Translations under genes and position numbers: made by a program
From: Xylographa opegraphella
Taxonomy: Eukaryota
Direction: 5' to 3'
Assembly (NCBI GenBank): GCA_022813865.1
Contig: JALDZX010000052.1
Coordinates: 124,001 to 149,435 of the forward strand
DNA: 25,435 nucleotides
Shown: piece by piece, positions 1 to 11,359 of the stretch
Position numbering within the stretch: the first letter of the stretch is position 1
Layout of the letters: every line of letters begins with the position of its first letter
Notes under the pieces: model-generated
What the model saw: the letters and a program-made list of their open reading frames with translations, nothing else
The model's database searches: none
What the model was told of the DNA's origin: nothing

Positions 1-2272
1 AAAATGGATCTCGAGCGCCTCAACAATGACGGCTTCCGCAGAGGCGATCTGATGCAAACTAGCTGCGGAAGTCCTTGTTATGCTGCTCCAGAACTCGTTG
101 TAACAGACTCCCTATATACGGGAAGAAAGGTAGATGTATGGAGCTGTGGTGTCATTTTGGTATATCTATCTGTTCCATTGAATCGTGATAAATGCTAATA
201 TTGCTATACAGTACGCCATGCTTGCAGGATATCTTCCATTCGATGACGATCCAGCTAATCCCGAGGGTGATAATATCAATCTGCTTTACAAGTACATCAT
301 GTCAACTCCACTAACGTTCCCCGAATATGTCACTCCTCATGCTCGTGACTTGCTTCGACGGATTCTTGTGCCAGATCCACGTAAGCGAGCCGACTTGTTT
401 GAAGTTGCTCGCCATAGCTGGCTCAGCGAATACGCTCACGTGGTGGTGCATGTCACGAGTAGCACAACAACTATTGGAGATATTCAGAATACGACAGTCA
501 CATCAGGTAGGCACTATTTTCAAAATAGATGACCCATGAATGTATCAACTAATCATGTTATAGATAACCAAGAGGCTCCCTTGTTAGCCAGAAGTGCTTC
601 GGTTCGAGAGCCCACCAAACCCACTGTGTCGAACGTGTCTCCAGTCGGTGGGCTCAGTCATCAAGGTAAGATTGATCCGGAAAAGGCAGAGAAATCGAAA
701 ACGCCTCGCGATCCCAAGCGTAGGACTGTTCAAGTCGAATACGTGGCACCTCAGTCGCAAACTGTGCGTGGCGAATTATCTCCTCCACCACCTCCACAGC
801 CAGGTGCGTTGGGACCTCCTCTGCCGGCACAGTTCCAAGAGCGGAATCGATCTAGTGGTCCAGCTTCGACCGAGTCTGCTAGGAAAACAAGTCAAGTGTC
901 CGCTGCCAGGAAGCCTCTCCCACAGGATCCTCCTGTCTCCCCAGATCTAAGGGGTTTTCAGGAATCTCAAGTCGGGTCGAATCTCAGAACAAATCAACGT
1001 CCTGCAACTTCGCAGCCAGTCATGCAACCGCCTGCGCGTCCCATAAGAGATCCACCGAGGTCAGTGTCCGACTCGATAAACGCTTTTGGTCAATTACCAA
1101 CATCGTCTGCAACTCGACCAACCACGGGAGGCTCTATGGTATCTACAGGTGCCGGGAGACTGCCTTCTCGAGGCAGCTCTTATAGTCAAGTCCTTGGACC
1201 GACTGTTGTCGCTACCAACGCGCAAGGGAAACTTGCGCAGCCGAAAAATGGCAGGAGCTACAATATCTCTGCACCCATACCACAAGCCGAACCTTACATC
1301 TCCGACCCCTCGATTGGCGTGTCAAGTGCTCAGCCTGTTCCCTCGAGATACAGCCAGACCCCACCTGCACGTGATGATGCCAAGTCTCATAAGCGGTCTA
1401 ACACTCTAACCAACATGTTTGCAAAGTCAGGTTCTTTCTTTAGCGGTAAATCGCAGACTCAATTGGCTCCCGAGTCGACCCGTCCGCAAACGGAAAAGAG
1501 ATACCCGCCCACAAGTATGAAAGGGCCTATTGCATCGAACAGTCCCCGACAATCTACAGATTCGAGGCGACCATCTTTCAGTTTCAGCCGCAAAAATAGT
1601 GATCCCGCAAAAGCTGATAAGCCACGGAGATTTTCACTGCTGCCGGCGTCCTTTTCTCTCAAGAGCATGACGGCTGGAGCCAAAGATCAGAACTCCGACT
1701 CCTCGAGACCCATGTCTCAGCGGCAGCAGTCATACGGGCAGCAACCGCAAAGTACGGGGTATGACAGGGGTGCAAGCCAGACAGACAGCGAGGAGAGTAT
1801 TCCCGCCTATGATGGCGTTAGCAATGGGAGTAGAAATGTATCTGCTCCATTATCTAGGCGAACAGATCCTTCGATACGCGGTACACGCAATGCAGAGCCA
1901 TTGCAACAGCCTCCATATCTGTCGCCGCAGTACGAGTCTTCTCAGATCAGTTCGCAAAGCCGACCAGCGCCACCAGGACAATCCTTCTTCATCAACGAAA
2001 CCGGGGCTCCTACGGAGTCTGAGCTCTCTGTGGGACAATCTCCAAATCAGCCTCGGTATCCGGCTGGCTTCAACAGCTACGACGAGGAACCTCGACGATC
2101 GATGCAAGGTCGCAACGGTAGGGGTCCGGCTGTTCTGCAGAAGCCGAACAGGAAGTTCGCGGACGCATACGAACACGATCCGGGTCACCATGCCGGATCG
2201 TCGGGTGCCGCGAAGAGGGTAATGGATTTCTTCCGCAGGCGAGGGCGGTCGCGCGCGGGCGAGGACCGGTAA
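1..2272 (+). CDS. KIN4: Ser/Thr protein kinase, Kin4/KfsA/Ppk1-like (CAMKL); 5'-truncated by the window edge
   Basis: Exons <1-159, 212-506, 564-2272. Introns 160-211 (GTATAT..GCTAAT..CAG) and 507-563 (GTAGGC..ACTAAT..TAG) join the frames correctly. Kinase C-lobe reads [52 protein letters not shown], followed by a long S/P-rich tail ending [15 protein letters not shown], as I recall for the Kin4 family. Confidence 0.85.
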
Positions 2273-3642
2273 TGGCGGCGTCGTCGATCGGAGATCTCAT
2301 TGTTATTGGCATACAAACATAGACCACTACCTTTCGAGCTCAGGATATCACACCACGGTTGTCGTTTCTGCACATAGTTCAGGGCTGCAATGAGTTTCAC
2401 TACATTTTTTCATCTCACAGCGGCTGGAGGCCGACTGGTGGTCAGCATCTTTTCATCTTGCTTGCAGCGATTTTCCTTGTTGTTATTTTTTTCTGTCGGG
2501 GCGGCCAGCTGTTTCGCGGGGATAATTGAAGGTGCGATCCAGATGGCTTGGGGAGCCGGACTTCGGGGCTCCGTTGATGGTTGCGATAGCAATATTGGGG
2601 AAAGGCGAGATACGCTCGCCGTTTTCGCTGTGGATGAGGAGGGTGTCTAGCTGGGAGTAGATTGTGCGGACGAGATGTAAAATTAATTGAGGGCACGTGA
2701 GGCTAGGCGTGAATAAAAAGGAGAATTTTGAAGTTGTGAACGCGTGCCACGATTTTGATGCTGGAGTAAGGGGTATGTGACAAGCTTCAGTCAGCCTTGC
2801 GGAGATCTGGGCTAGCTCGACTGGGTAAGTGAGAAACCTGTCGCTTCATTGTCCTTGACGGTAGAACCAGTCAAGAAAATCTTTCGACATCTCGGCGATT
2901 ACAGCACTGTCCTGGCATCCACAACATCGACATGTTATCTAGACACTTCATTGTTAGTTCTGGGCTTCAATTACCCGGAGCCAGCGTTCTAGCTTCCAGC
3001 CTTCCGCTGTTTGAGGTGTGGCAGCTGGCAGACCGGGGGTGATGCAGCGTCCTATTGCTCAGCCTGGTCCAGCTCGGCCACCCGAATACCGAATGCCAGG
3101 ACATCCCTATGCACTGTCTTATCTCTGCTGCGGTCCAGAGAGCCACCAGATGGGAACGAGGGAAAACTGTGTGGACCCAATCCCCGCTTCTGCCATGAGC
3201 AGGCCATTATTACTGCTCTCTTGCATTCTTCCTGGACTCTTCTCCATGCCATGTGATTATGGAGTGAGCATGAAACTGACACGGATGCTAGCATTGTGCC
3301 GCAATACTGATAAGCTTGGAATTCGACGGGCCTATCAGTATCGAAGTTCTTTCCGTCGTTTTATGCAGCAGGGCCCACGATCTGCATCAGCCTCCCATGA
3401 AGAAAGCGCCACCAGAATGTTGATTGGCGAGGCCACTCACCCAGAAGACTGTGGGGGCGGATTTGGAGCAGGCTGTGCTAACAGTACTGAGTCGCTTCAT
3501 CTCAATATCCCCTTCCCCACTGCTCGCTGCCCGTTGCGAGAATGATCAACTGCTCTGAAGAGAAAGAGAACTGGTGGCCTGCAAGTTTCATTCTCGACCG
3601 AATGTAATTGATATTACGCAACGGAAGTTCCGTGGCCTCCTG

Positions 3643-6600
3643 ATGGATCCAATTACCATTCTGGGTGCTGTAGCGACGGCTCTGAAGCTCGTCAAAAGCG
3701 TCTGCGAAATCATCCAATGGATGCAACAGGTCAACGATCGTCTGAAAAATTCGAGTCGAATTCTAAAGATGATCTACCTCGAGTGCAACATCTATGGAGA
3801 CTCCATCAAAAGCATCGGTGCATGGCTGAAAGAGAATCAGTCTACGAAGGGGCTCCAGAAACAGCTGCGCACGACCCACAATGCTATCACCCTCGTCAAG
3901 GTCTCAATGTTGAACTTACAGCGCGATTTAGAAACCATTGGCAATGGGCAGGAGAAACTTACCATCAAGTCCTTCAAGAACTGTATCAAAGTGAGGCACC
4001 AGTGGTTCGAACAGACCATGAAGAGTCATCTTACCGAGCTACGGTGCCATAGCCAAACGCTCCAGCTAACACTTCAAGTCATTCAGCTGTAAGTATAAGC
4101 ACTCCCGAGACTATGGCTATTTGCTCTTGGTGACCGACTTTAGAACTAAGCCTTCAGAACTGTCACCTGCAGAAGCACAAAAGGCACCAGAGAAATTGGA
4201 ACAGAAGACGAGGAGCCTGGAGAAGAGGTTACTTCTTCGGCATTTCCTAACGAAGGCCCTTGAGATACGCCGTGCCGAGATCGCAGCGGACGAAGAAAGG
4301 CAAAATCAAGTCATGAAAGAATTTATACGACCCGCGCCCGTGTCTCCATTGATTCAGTCTCCGATCCTTTCAGAGGGTCAACCTCAGACACCAACTCTCT
4401 TGACTGTAGCTGAGCAGACGCGCCAAAACGCCGGTGCTGAGAAAGAGAATAAACCCGAAGACCTCTTATCAAATGATATTGAGGATCTGATTGACTTCTC
4501 CAACGAAGCCAAGAGTCTACCTACCTGGGGGGCGACGACCGGTGTTTGCGGTCTTCAAGACCTAGTTGGTCTCCGCTGCCTTTCGATGCCGCAACAGAAT
4601 GGACCTGACAATGCTGACAATGCCGAGAGTGATACTCCCGATATGCATGTTGTGTTTCATCAATCGAACCTGCAGTCTCCTCAACTCGTCTCTCCGCCTC
4701 AGACTGTCAGTCTTGACTTAGTGAATACTGATACTGAGCGCCAGAAAGACGCTGAGAAATTCGAACCCGAAACGGCAGAGCGTTCCCAGATTGTCTTCCA
4801 GTTTCCAGCTCCATATGCTGGCATGGCAAACGTCGACGCTCAAAGCATGCTGAGTGGCCGCAACTTTGATCTATCGCCCACCACAACTGCAACACCAAGC
4901 ATATTCAGTCATGCCTCAACTTTGACCAGCGCGAGCGATTCTTCCTTGCGTGACATAACAGACGGAGAGCTTCGGGAACGCGAATTAAAGACACAAACCC
5001 TGTCAAACCAGTCGTCAGCGCCATCACAAACTCTCTGGCGGAAGGCTGTGAGATCATGTTCATCTGAAAGCCTTGAACAGAGTAGTCTTAGTAGCCCTCA
5101 TACGGCATCGTATCCTGTCTCACCGCCGATAATCCATGAAGACGCAGAGTTTATTTCATCAACTATGAGTCGAGCTCCCATCGGAGACAAACTGGCGTCT
5201 ATGAAATTCGAATTACCACCCCGAAGCAAGTCCGGGGAATTGGTAAGTCAGCTTGAGTCTATTACCGTGGCATCCCTCCAAGAAATCAACAAGCCGGATG
5301 GAGCAGGCTTCCCGTGGATTGTCCAGGCAGGACGCGACGGAGACGAAACACAGACCAAGAGGCTCATTATCAGCGGGGCTAATCTTGAAGCCGTACATAC
5401 CACAACTAAAAGAACTGCACTCTGCGAGGCGTCGTTACACGGTCATAGCAATATCGTTAATCTTCTCATCCACGAAGGTTGCTCGACGAATCATGCCGAC
5501 GCCGAATCTTACACGGCGTTACATCACGCGTGCCACAAAGGACACCTAGCGACAGTCAGAAGCCTTGTCGAAGCCAAAGCCGATATCGAAGCCTTGGGGC
5601 CACAGAGCAAGACACCTCTACACCTTGCGGCGCAGGTGCCTCATAGAAATGTGGTTATGCTGTTACTACAGTCGAATTCAAACATTAATGCGCGAGACGA
5701 AAATAATCAAACTCCTTTACATATCAGCGCCGCACGAGGCAATGTCGAGATGTGCAGCTATCTTCTCGAGAACGGCGCCCAAGTCGATAACAGAGATTCC
5801 AATTCGAAGACTGCTCTCCAATTAGCATGTGAAGCCGGCCACTATGACGCAGTGGAGGCAATGCTGAAACACTCGAATCTGAGAATCACTGATCTGACCT
5901 TTCTCACGGCCTTCTTTGCAGCTGTGGAACATGGCAATGTTCGCGTTGCCGAAAGCTTTCTCTCCCGAGGGCTGGACCTTCAGAAGCTGAATAAGAAAGA
6001 TATCTATAAACCAGCAACAATAGCAGCCAAGAGCGGAAGTCCAGCCATGCTTGAGCTGATGATACGCGAGAATTGTAGCATCAAAGCCAAAGATGATGAC
6101 GACTGGAACGCTCTACACTTCGCTGCTCACCGTGGTCATTGGCGACTGATCGAGCAATTGGTAGGCAACGATGTGTCTGTGAAATCCGCAACAAGAATGA
6201 AAGACACGCCGTTGACTCTTGCTGTCAAAGGAGGGCACTTTGCAGCCGCCGAGATACTCCTTCGTAGCAAAGGCATCTCTGTAACAGTAGAGGATGGACA
6301 GTCAGAACAGCCAATCCATCACGCAACTCGAGCAGGATCATTCGAACTCTTCAATCTCCTAATATCTAATGGTGCTAAGATCGCTGTGGAGAATGCGTTT
6401 GGCTGGCATCCTATCCATATCGCTGTAGCATATGGTCATACAACACTGGTCAACAGATTGATCGAGCAATCAGCCAAGATTGAGGAGAAGCTAGGTTCAC
6501 CAACGATAAAGCACGATCAGACACACAAGATGGTCGAGGATGGTTACTGGGCTGAGGCTAGATGGCCATACCCTGGCAGTCGTCCGCTACATCTGGCCTG

Positions 6601-8035
6601 TGAATACGGGCATTATCAGATTGCATCTAACCTCATAAGCAAAGGTGCGAAGCTGGAAGCCACATGTTCAGAAGGATGGCGGCCACTACATCATGCGGCC
6701 TTCAATGGCTCGTCCGCTTTGGTAGCACTGCTGCTCAACGCAAACTGCTATCCGTGGGCCGAGACAGAGGAAGGCAATATACCTCAGACGCTGCAGTTTC
6801 GAACAGCGGGTTCCCCAATCTCTCAAGAGGAAAAGGATAAAGTGCATCTGCTGCTACAAGCGGCCATGGATAGGACGACCAAGCAACCCGTGGCGAAGGG
6901 ATTCAAGGTTGGGCTGAAGAAGGGTCGCACAGTGGAAGAGAAGCATAATCTAATTCGAGCTGCGACCTTCTCGATGGAGATGACTGCGAAAGCGCCAAAA
7001 CAGAGTACAGAAATTCATCGCTCTAACCACAGGCAACCCCCAATGCCGCACTCGAATACCTTCCCGAGCGCTCTCCCAAGCATACATCACCCAGCCCTAG
7101 CCGCCCAACCGTCTCAGTCTCTACTTATCGAGAGACCAGTATCCGGTAGTTCGAACCGTGCCGCCATCACAACAAGCGAATCGAACTCAGAAACAGCAAT
7201 CAAAATCGCTTCCCCAACAGCGAGTCTCATAAGTCTCCCTTCTACTGCACTCAGCGAGTCCAACTTCGCAAAAGCACCCAACAATGAGGTTATGGCCCTA
7301 GGGACTGCGACCACTGTTGCTTTGCAGCATTCAATAGGTCCCGTGCAAGGGCTACCGGACCTGCCTATGAATTTGATGAAGAACAAATTTAAGCTCAAGC
7401 GAGCTTCGACCTTCGGGGTGGGCATCTCGAAACAGGGTATCGAAAAAATGTCAAGCGGGTTGGGCTCTTCGAAGCAAGGATTCGAGAAGATATCAAGTTA
7501 TTCGCTGGATGTGTCGAAGCACGGCATCGAAAAAATGTCAAGTGGGCTCGGCTCTTCGAAGCAAGGGATCGAGAAGATGTCGAGCTATTCATTGGATGTC
7601 TCGAAGCAGGGTTACAAGAAGATGTCCAGTTACGGACAGAACATGTCGAAGCAGGGGCTTGAGAAGATGAAGAAGATCAACTACGGGCAGAACGTGTCGA
7701 AGCAGGGCCTCGAAAAGATGAAGAAGTTCGGTAGCAGGAAGGACAAGAAGCTCGCGAACCAGGACGCGGATGGGGAGGATGCTCACCACCGTGATCGTGC
7801 GAGCGCGAAAACTTCGAACCTCAACGTCCCCAATGCGCCTGCCCTCTCGCAAAACTCGGGAGGACTTCAGGATTTGGGGCCAGGTGCAGGGGGAGGTGCC
7901 GCGGATGACACGACCGGCCAGGAACCTGGGAGCGATGAGGAGCTCTCGTATGACAGTGATGGTGCGGCAAGCACCGGTGCGTTCTCGCTGGGCGGATTCG
8001 ACACTTATGATGCTGGTGGCGACGATGGGTTCTGA
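3643..8035 (+). CDS. 1445-aa ankyrin-repeat protein with N-terminal HeLo-like/SesA-type (fungal STAND N-terminal) helical domain and C-terminal tandem peptide repeats
   Basis: Exon 1 3643-4088 (MDPITILGAVATALKLVKSVCEII...ELRCHSQTLQLTLQVIQL), phase-2 intron 4089-4143 (GTAAGT..TAG), exon 2 4144-8035 in frame. About 14 ANK repeats (TALHHAC, TPLHLAA, TPLHISA, NALHFAA, RPLHLAC, RPLHHAA) at about 5305-6760. The HeLo-like call is pattern recognition of the MDP+hydrophobic helix start and the LQLTLQVIQL end. Confidence 0.85.
7427..7729 (+). repeat. Coding tandem repeat: 7 copies of SK[QH]G[IFYL][EK]K[MI], period 14-17 aa, with an 87-bp higher-order duplication
   Basis: SKQGIEKMSSGLGS / SKQGFEKISSYSLDV / SKHGIEKMSSGLGS / SKQGIEKMSSYSLDV / SKQGYKKMSSYGQNM / SKQGLEKMKKINYGQNV / SKQGLEKMKKF; DNA units begin TCGAA[AG]CA. 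Confidence 0.95.
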
Positions 8036-8125
8036 GACTCCGCCTTGCGATACTTTGCAGCAGAAGGTATCGAAAGCGTAGGTGCAGTTTTACTTTCCGA
8101 AGGCTAGACTGTCAAGCTTCCAAAA

Positions 8126-8138
8126 GGGGGGGGGGGGG
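8126..8138 (+). repeat. G13 homopolymer about 90 nt downstream of the ankyrin gene stop
   Basis: caaaa-G13-cg read directly. Confidence 0.95.
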
Positions 8139-8366
8139 CGTGAGTAATTTTAGAAGTAGGAGAACTAAGTATATTTACGAGATAAACGCTTCGAAACATC
8201 TCAGGTCACGCTCTGCTTGCTCTCCTTCAATGATGAGCACACGGTGAGCATCCAATTATGTATTCTCCGAACAACCGTCGCCGAGTGTTCACTTTACTCC
8301 CTCCCCTCCCCAACCCTCGGGGTCCTGCACGCCCGAGTTGAGCCTCACATCAAACCAAATCAATCT

Positions 8367-8963
8367 CATCAGCATCAGCATCAGCATCAGCACACCGGAA
8401 CCCTGCATCCTGCATCCTCTCCTCCTGCCGCTTCATTCCCAGCCACCACGTCCAACCCAACTCCCCATCCCTTCCCTCCCCGCTAGATAAGCAAAATCCC
8501 ACACCGCGCTGGCGGAACTCATAACTCCTGACTTCCATCTCTGCGTCGCGCCGCGGTGGGACTATTTGTCGTCTTACTTAATAGGTATCCCTAGCGCTCG
8601 CTATAGAATACAGATACGGGGCAGGGAGGCAGGCAGATAGGCAGGCAGCGCCAAGACTGCACGCACGCACGCACGCAGTCACGTAGGTCTTATGTGCTGG
8701 CAGCTATGGAGGGTGGAAGGGAGGGAGGGAGGGTAAGAGGGAGGGATGGGATCGTCGGGATGGATGGGATCGCTGGGTTCGCTGGGATGGAGGTTTCGAT
8801 CTCCTATCCGATCCCTCCCATCCCATCCCATCCCATCCCTCCGCAGCGGCGAGGGCGAGGGCGAGGGCGAGGAAGCACCACCGCTATTTCGCGAATGGGA
8901 TACGATAGGAAGCGATGGGTTATCCTCCACGATCCACAAAACAACCGCACATCCACAAAACAA
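8367..8963. repeat. Cluster of simple sequence repeats in the convergent intergenic region
   Basis: (CATCAG)4 8367-8390; (GCAC)4+ 8659-8677; GGGAGGGAGGGAGGG 8719-8733; (CCCAT)n about 8817-8839; (GGCGAG)4 8848-8871; ATCCACAAAACAA twice (8932, 8951). Confidence 0.9.
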
Positions 8964-9695
8964 TCCCGTCTTCCGTCTCGAAGCCAGCTGCAGAAACCAG
9001 CGACAGGTGGTGGCTTTCAGAGACGGTCTACGCCCTACCTCCTACCAACACCCCCACTCGCGGACATGGAATCTGCCTCCCGCGAGCCGTTTTCGTCGCC
9101 CGGGAGCGGGAGAGCGACGAGTGGGTGGGAAGCCCACGCGGCCCCTGGGGAAAAGATACGGCGATGCTGATGGGGTTTGGGGTAATGGTAGATTACTTGT
9201 ATGTAGTATGCAGCATGCAGCATGCGCGGGCGTGCTCTTATGCAACCATCTCGACGACGAGAGGCGGAGACGAGACCCCAAGGGCGGTTTTTTGGTGTGC
9301 TGTTATGCTATGAGTGATGAAAATAAAAAAAATGTGGGTATCGAAGAAGAAAGTACAGAAGTGCAGTAACAAAGTAGCACGAAAGGTGATCGCCCGTGTA
9401 AATTCGCTCCGTTCTTTTCATCCAAATGCCGTAATTAGGGTAGGGTAGGGTATTGATGGAAAGGTGCGGGATACAAAAGCATGCAGATGCCCAACTGACT
9501 GACCGACCGCCGTGCAATATTGCCCCTTTTATGCTTCGCCGCCGGATGCTAGGTTAACCACCACCACCACCGCCATCGCCATCACAAGTGCTGGACTGGT
9601 ATGCTCGTATCGAGATTCCCTCCCTCCCTTTCCCACAAAACACAGAGGTATGCCCACCCGGTATGCGAATGCAACGCGCTCCGCCCTGACCCACA

Positions 9696-11228
9696 TCACA
9701 TGGAGCAGATCTGGGAGAACTTCCGCGCCGTCAGCGGCTGCGGGAACACGCCGGCGTCCAACAGCCTGAAAAGGTCCCACTCGGCGCTGGCTTCGGTCTT
9801 GAAGTTCCAAAATACCCAGCCGCGCGTGTACTGCTCGTAGACCTCGAGCTGGGCCTCGATGTAGCCGCGCACGTCGTTGCGGTACGTGTCGTCCCAAGTG
9901 TTGATGTCGTTGATGGTGGCGCAGGAGCCGACGAAGGAGGAGCCCGGGTAGGTGCCGTCGTAGCGGGCGCCGATGAGGTAGCCGTTCAGGGCGGGGGCGC
10001 AGTCGGTCATGGCGGCCGTCCACTCGCCGACGACGGTCCAGTGCGCTTGGTTGGCGGTGTAGCTGAAGGCGTTGTTGCAGACGAGTTGGCGATGTTGCTG
10101 GGAGGGGAATATGTTAGTGATGTGGTTGGCTGTGGGGATGAAAAGTGGAAGTGGAGGTGGGTACTTACCCAGGGCACGAGGGCGACGTCTGCATTGGAGA
10201 AGACTTGGTATTCGTGGTGGTCGAGCACGACTGGCTGGTTCAGCTTGGGTACACAAATGTGGAGCAAAGACTACATACCGTTCTGGGCCCCGGGCGGGAC
10301 CAAGACGTTGCTCCAGAACCCGTCAGGCTCAAACGCATCCTGGATCATGACTGGGGTGTTGCTGACGTCCCGGACGGCGTTGTAGCCTTGCTGGTAGAAG
10401 GATTCGAGCTCCGGTGTGCTTTGCAGCGCCGAGGCCAGAGGCTCGTTCAGCAACTCGATCGCGACCACCACGTCCTGCATCGACGGCGTGGCGTATTTGC
10501 CCGCCATAATCTGGATGACCTCGAGCGTCTGCTGGACCGTGGAGCCCGACTCCCATCCCGGCTTTGCGGTTCGATGGCCCGAGTTGTCGTAGCCGTTCTG
10601 CGAGCCCGGAGCACCATGCAGGTCGATCCACACTTTGAGATTTGTCTGTCGAGCCCAGCTGATTGCTTGGTCGAGATATTGTTCTGCGCCTTGGATGTAT
10701 GGCTCTCCTGGGACAAGCATAAATGCCCAATCTGAAGCCTCATCAGCTACCATGTTCGTCGCTATCGCAAGCGGAATTCCATCAACTCACATCCTACTGG
10801 GATTCGGACGGTATTGAAGCCGGCCGCGGCTATTTTCTGGAAGTCTGTGAGTGTCGCCCACGTCGACCAGTGCTGCTGCAGGATGGCGGCTGCATTCGGC
10901 ACCATCTCGCACAGCGTCCATTCGTCCACAACGGAGCCATTCTGCGCCTGGAATATTGAAGGAGTGATCCACCTAAGTATATGAGTCAGCAACGGGAAGC
11001 GAGCAGAAGGTGAAAGGTGTGTGTGCTTACGGTTCCAGCACCAGCCAGCCACCGATGTTGACGCCACGAACTATCTCATTCCCGAAGTTAAACGCAGCAT
11101 CTCGGCGGAGGATTGGAGTCCTAGGGATTTAGGTCAGAAAGGGGAGGTTGTATGTGCCGTGGCATGAACACTCACGCATGAGCAGCCCCCAAAGCTAGGA
11201 TGGCCGTGAACAGCCGATTGATCCGCAT
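9696..11228 (-). CDS. exgA: Secreted glucan 1,3-beta-glucosidase (exo-beta-1,3-glucanase), GH5 (Exg1/ExgA-like), 413 aa
   Basis: Six exons (minus strand): 11228-11176, 11120-11031, 10972-10791, 10731-10279, 10230-10169, 10097-9696; all introns GT-AG and phase-consistent. Signal peptide MRINRLFTAILALGAAHA, Kex2-like RR site, [48 protein letters not shown], acid/base ELLNEP, DHHEYQVF, nucleophile VGEW, GWVFWNFKTE. Confidence 0.95.
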
Positions 11229-11359
11229 CGTGAATGACAGGTGATGGTGGGGAAACGATCGAGGGTTGCAGAGGAGGCAGAGTTGAAGTGTATGTCGATG
11301 AAATGTTTTCAGATGTAAGCACGTGAGGAATGTGGAGGTAACGAGGAATTATGAGTAAG

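Noticed and set aside
3011..3545. ORFs of 81-175 aa upstream of the ankyrin gene, with scattered splice-like signals (GTAAGT at 2825, ACTGAC..TAG near 3275-3290)
   Set aside because: Non-ATG starts, no recognisable protein and no consistent exon chain; may be promoter or 5'UTR sequence.
8766..8820. tRNA-like look: GGGATCG...GGAGGTTTCGATCTCC...CGATCCC
   Set aside because: Only about 50 nt between the putative acceptor strands, with no D or anticodon arm and a spacer between the T-like arm and the acceptor; treated as a hairpin.
8679..9369. Overlapping ORFs of 94-207 aa in the intergenic region
   Set aside because: Built from microsatellites (GRGRGR, GEGEGE, PSPSPS) with no recognisable domain; expected in GC-rich low-complexity DNA.
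9435..9450. TTAGGG-TAGGG-TAGGG telomere-like sequence
   Set aside because: Only one true TTAGGG unit; too short for an interstitial telomere.
9696..9713. C-terminal QICSM of the glucanase as a CaaX prenylation signal
   Set aside because: Cys is third from the end, not fourth; the protein is secreted and a near-terminal Cys is usual in Exg1-type enzymes.
9529..10735. Long antisense and alternate-frame ORFs over exgA (similar ones over MEF2, VPS17 and the Atg38-like gene)
   Set aside because: Shadow ORFs caused by high GC3 codon bias of the real genes.
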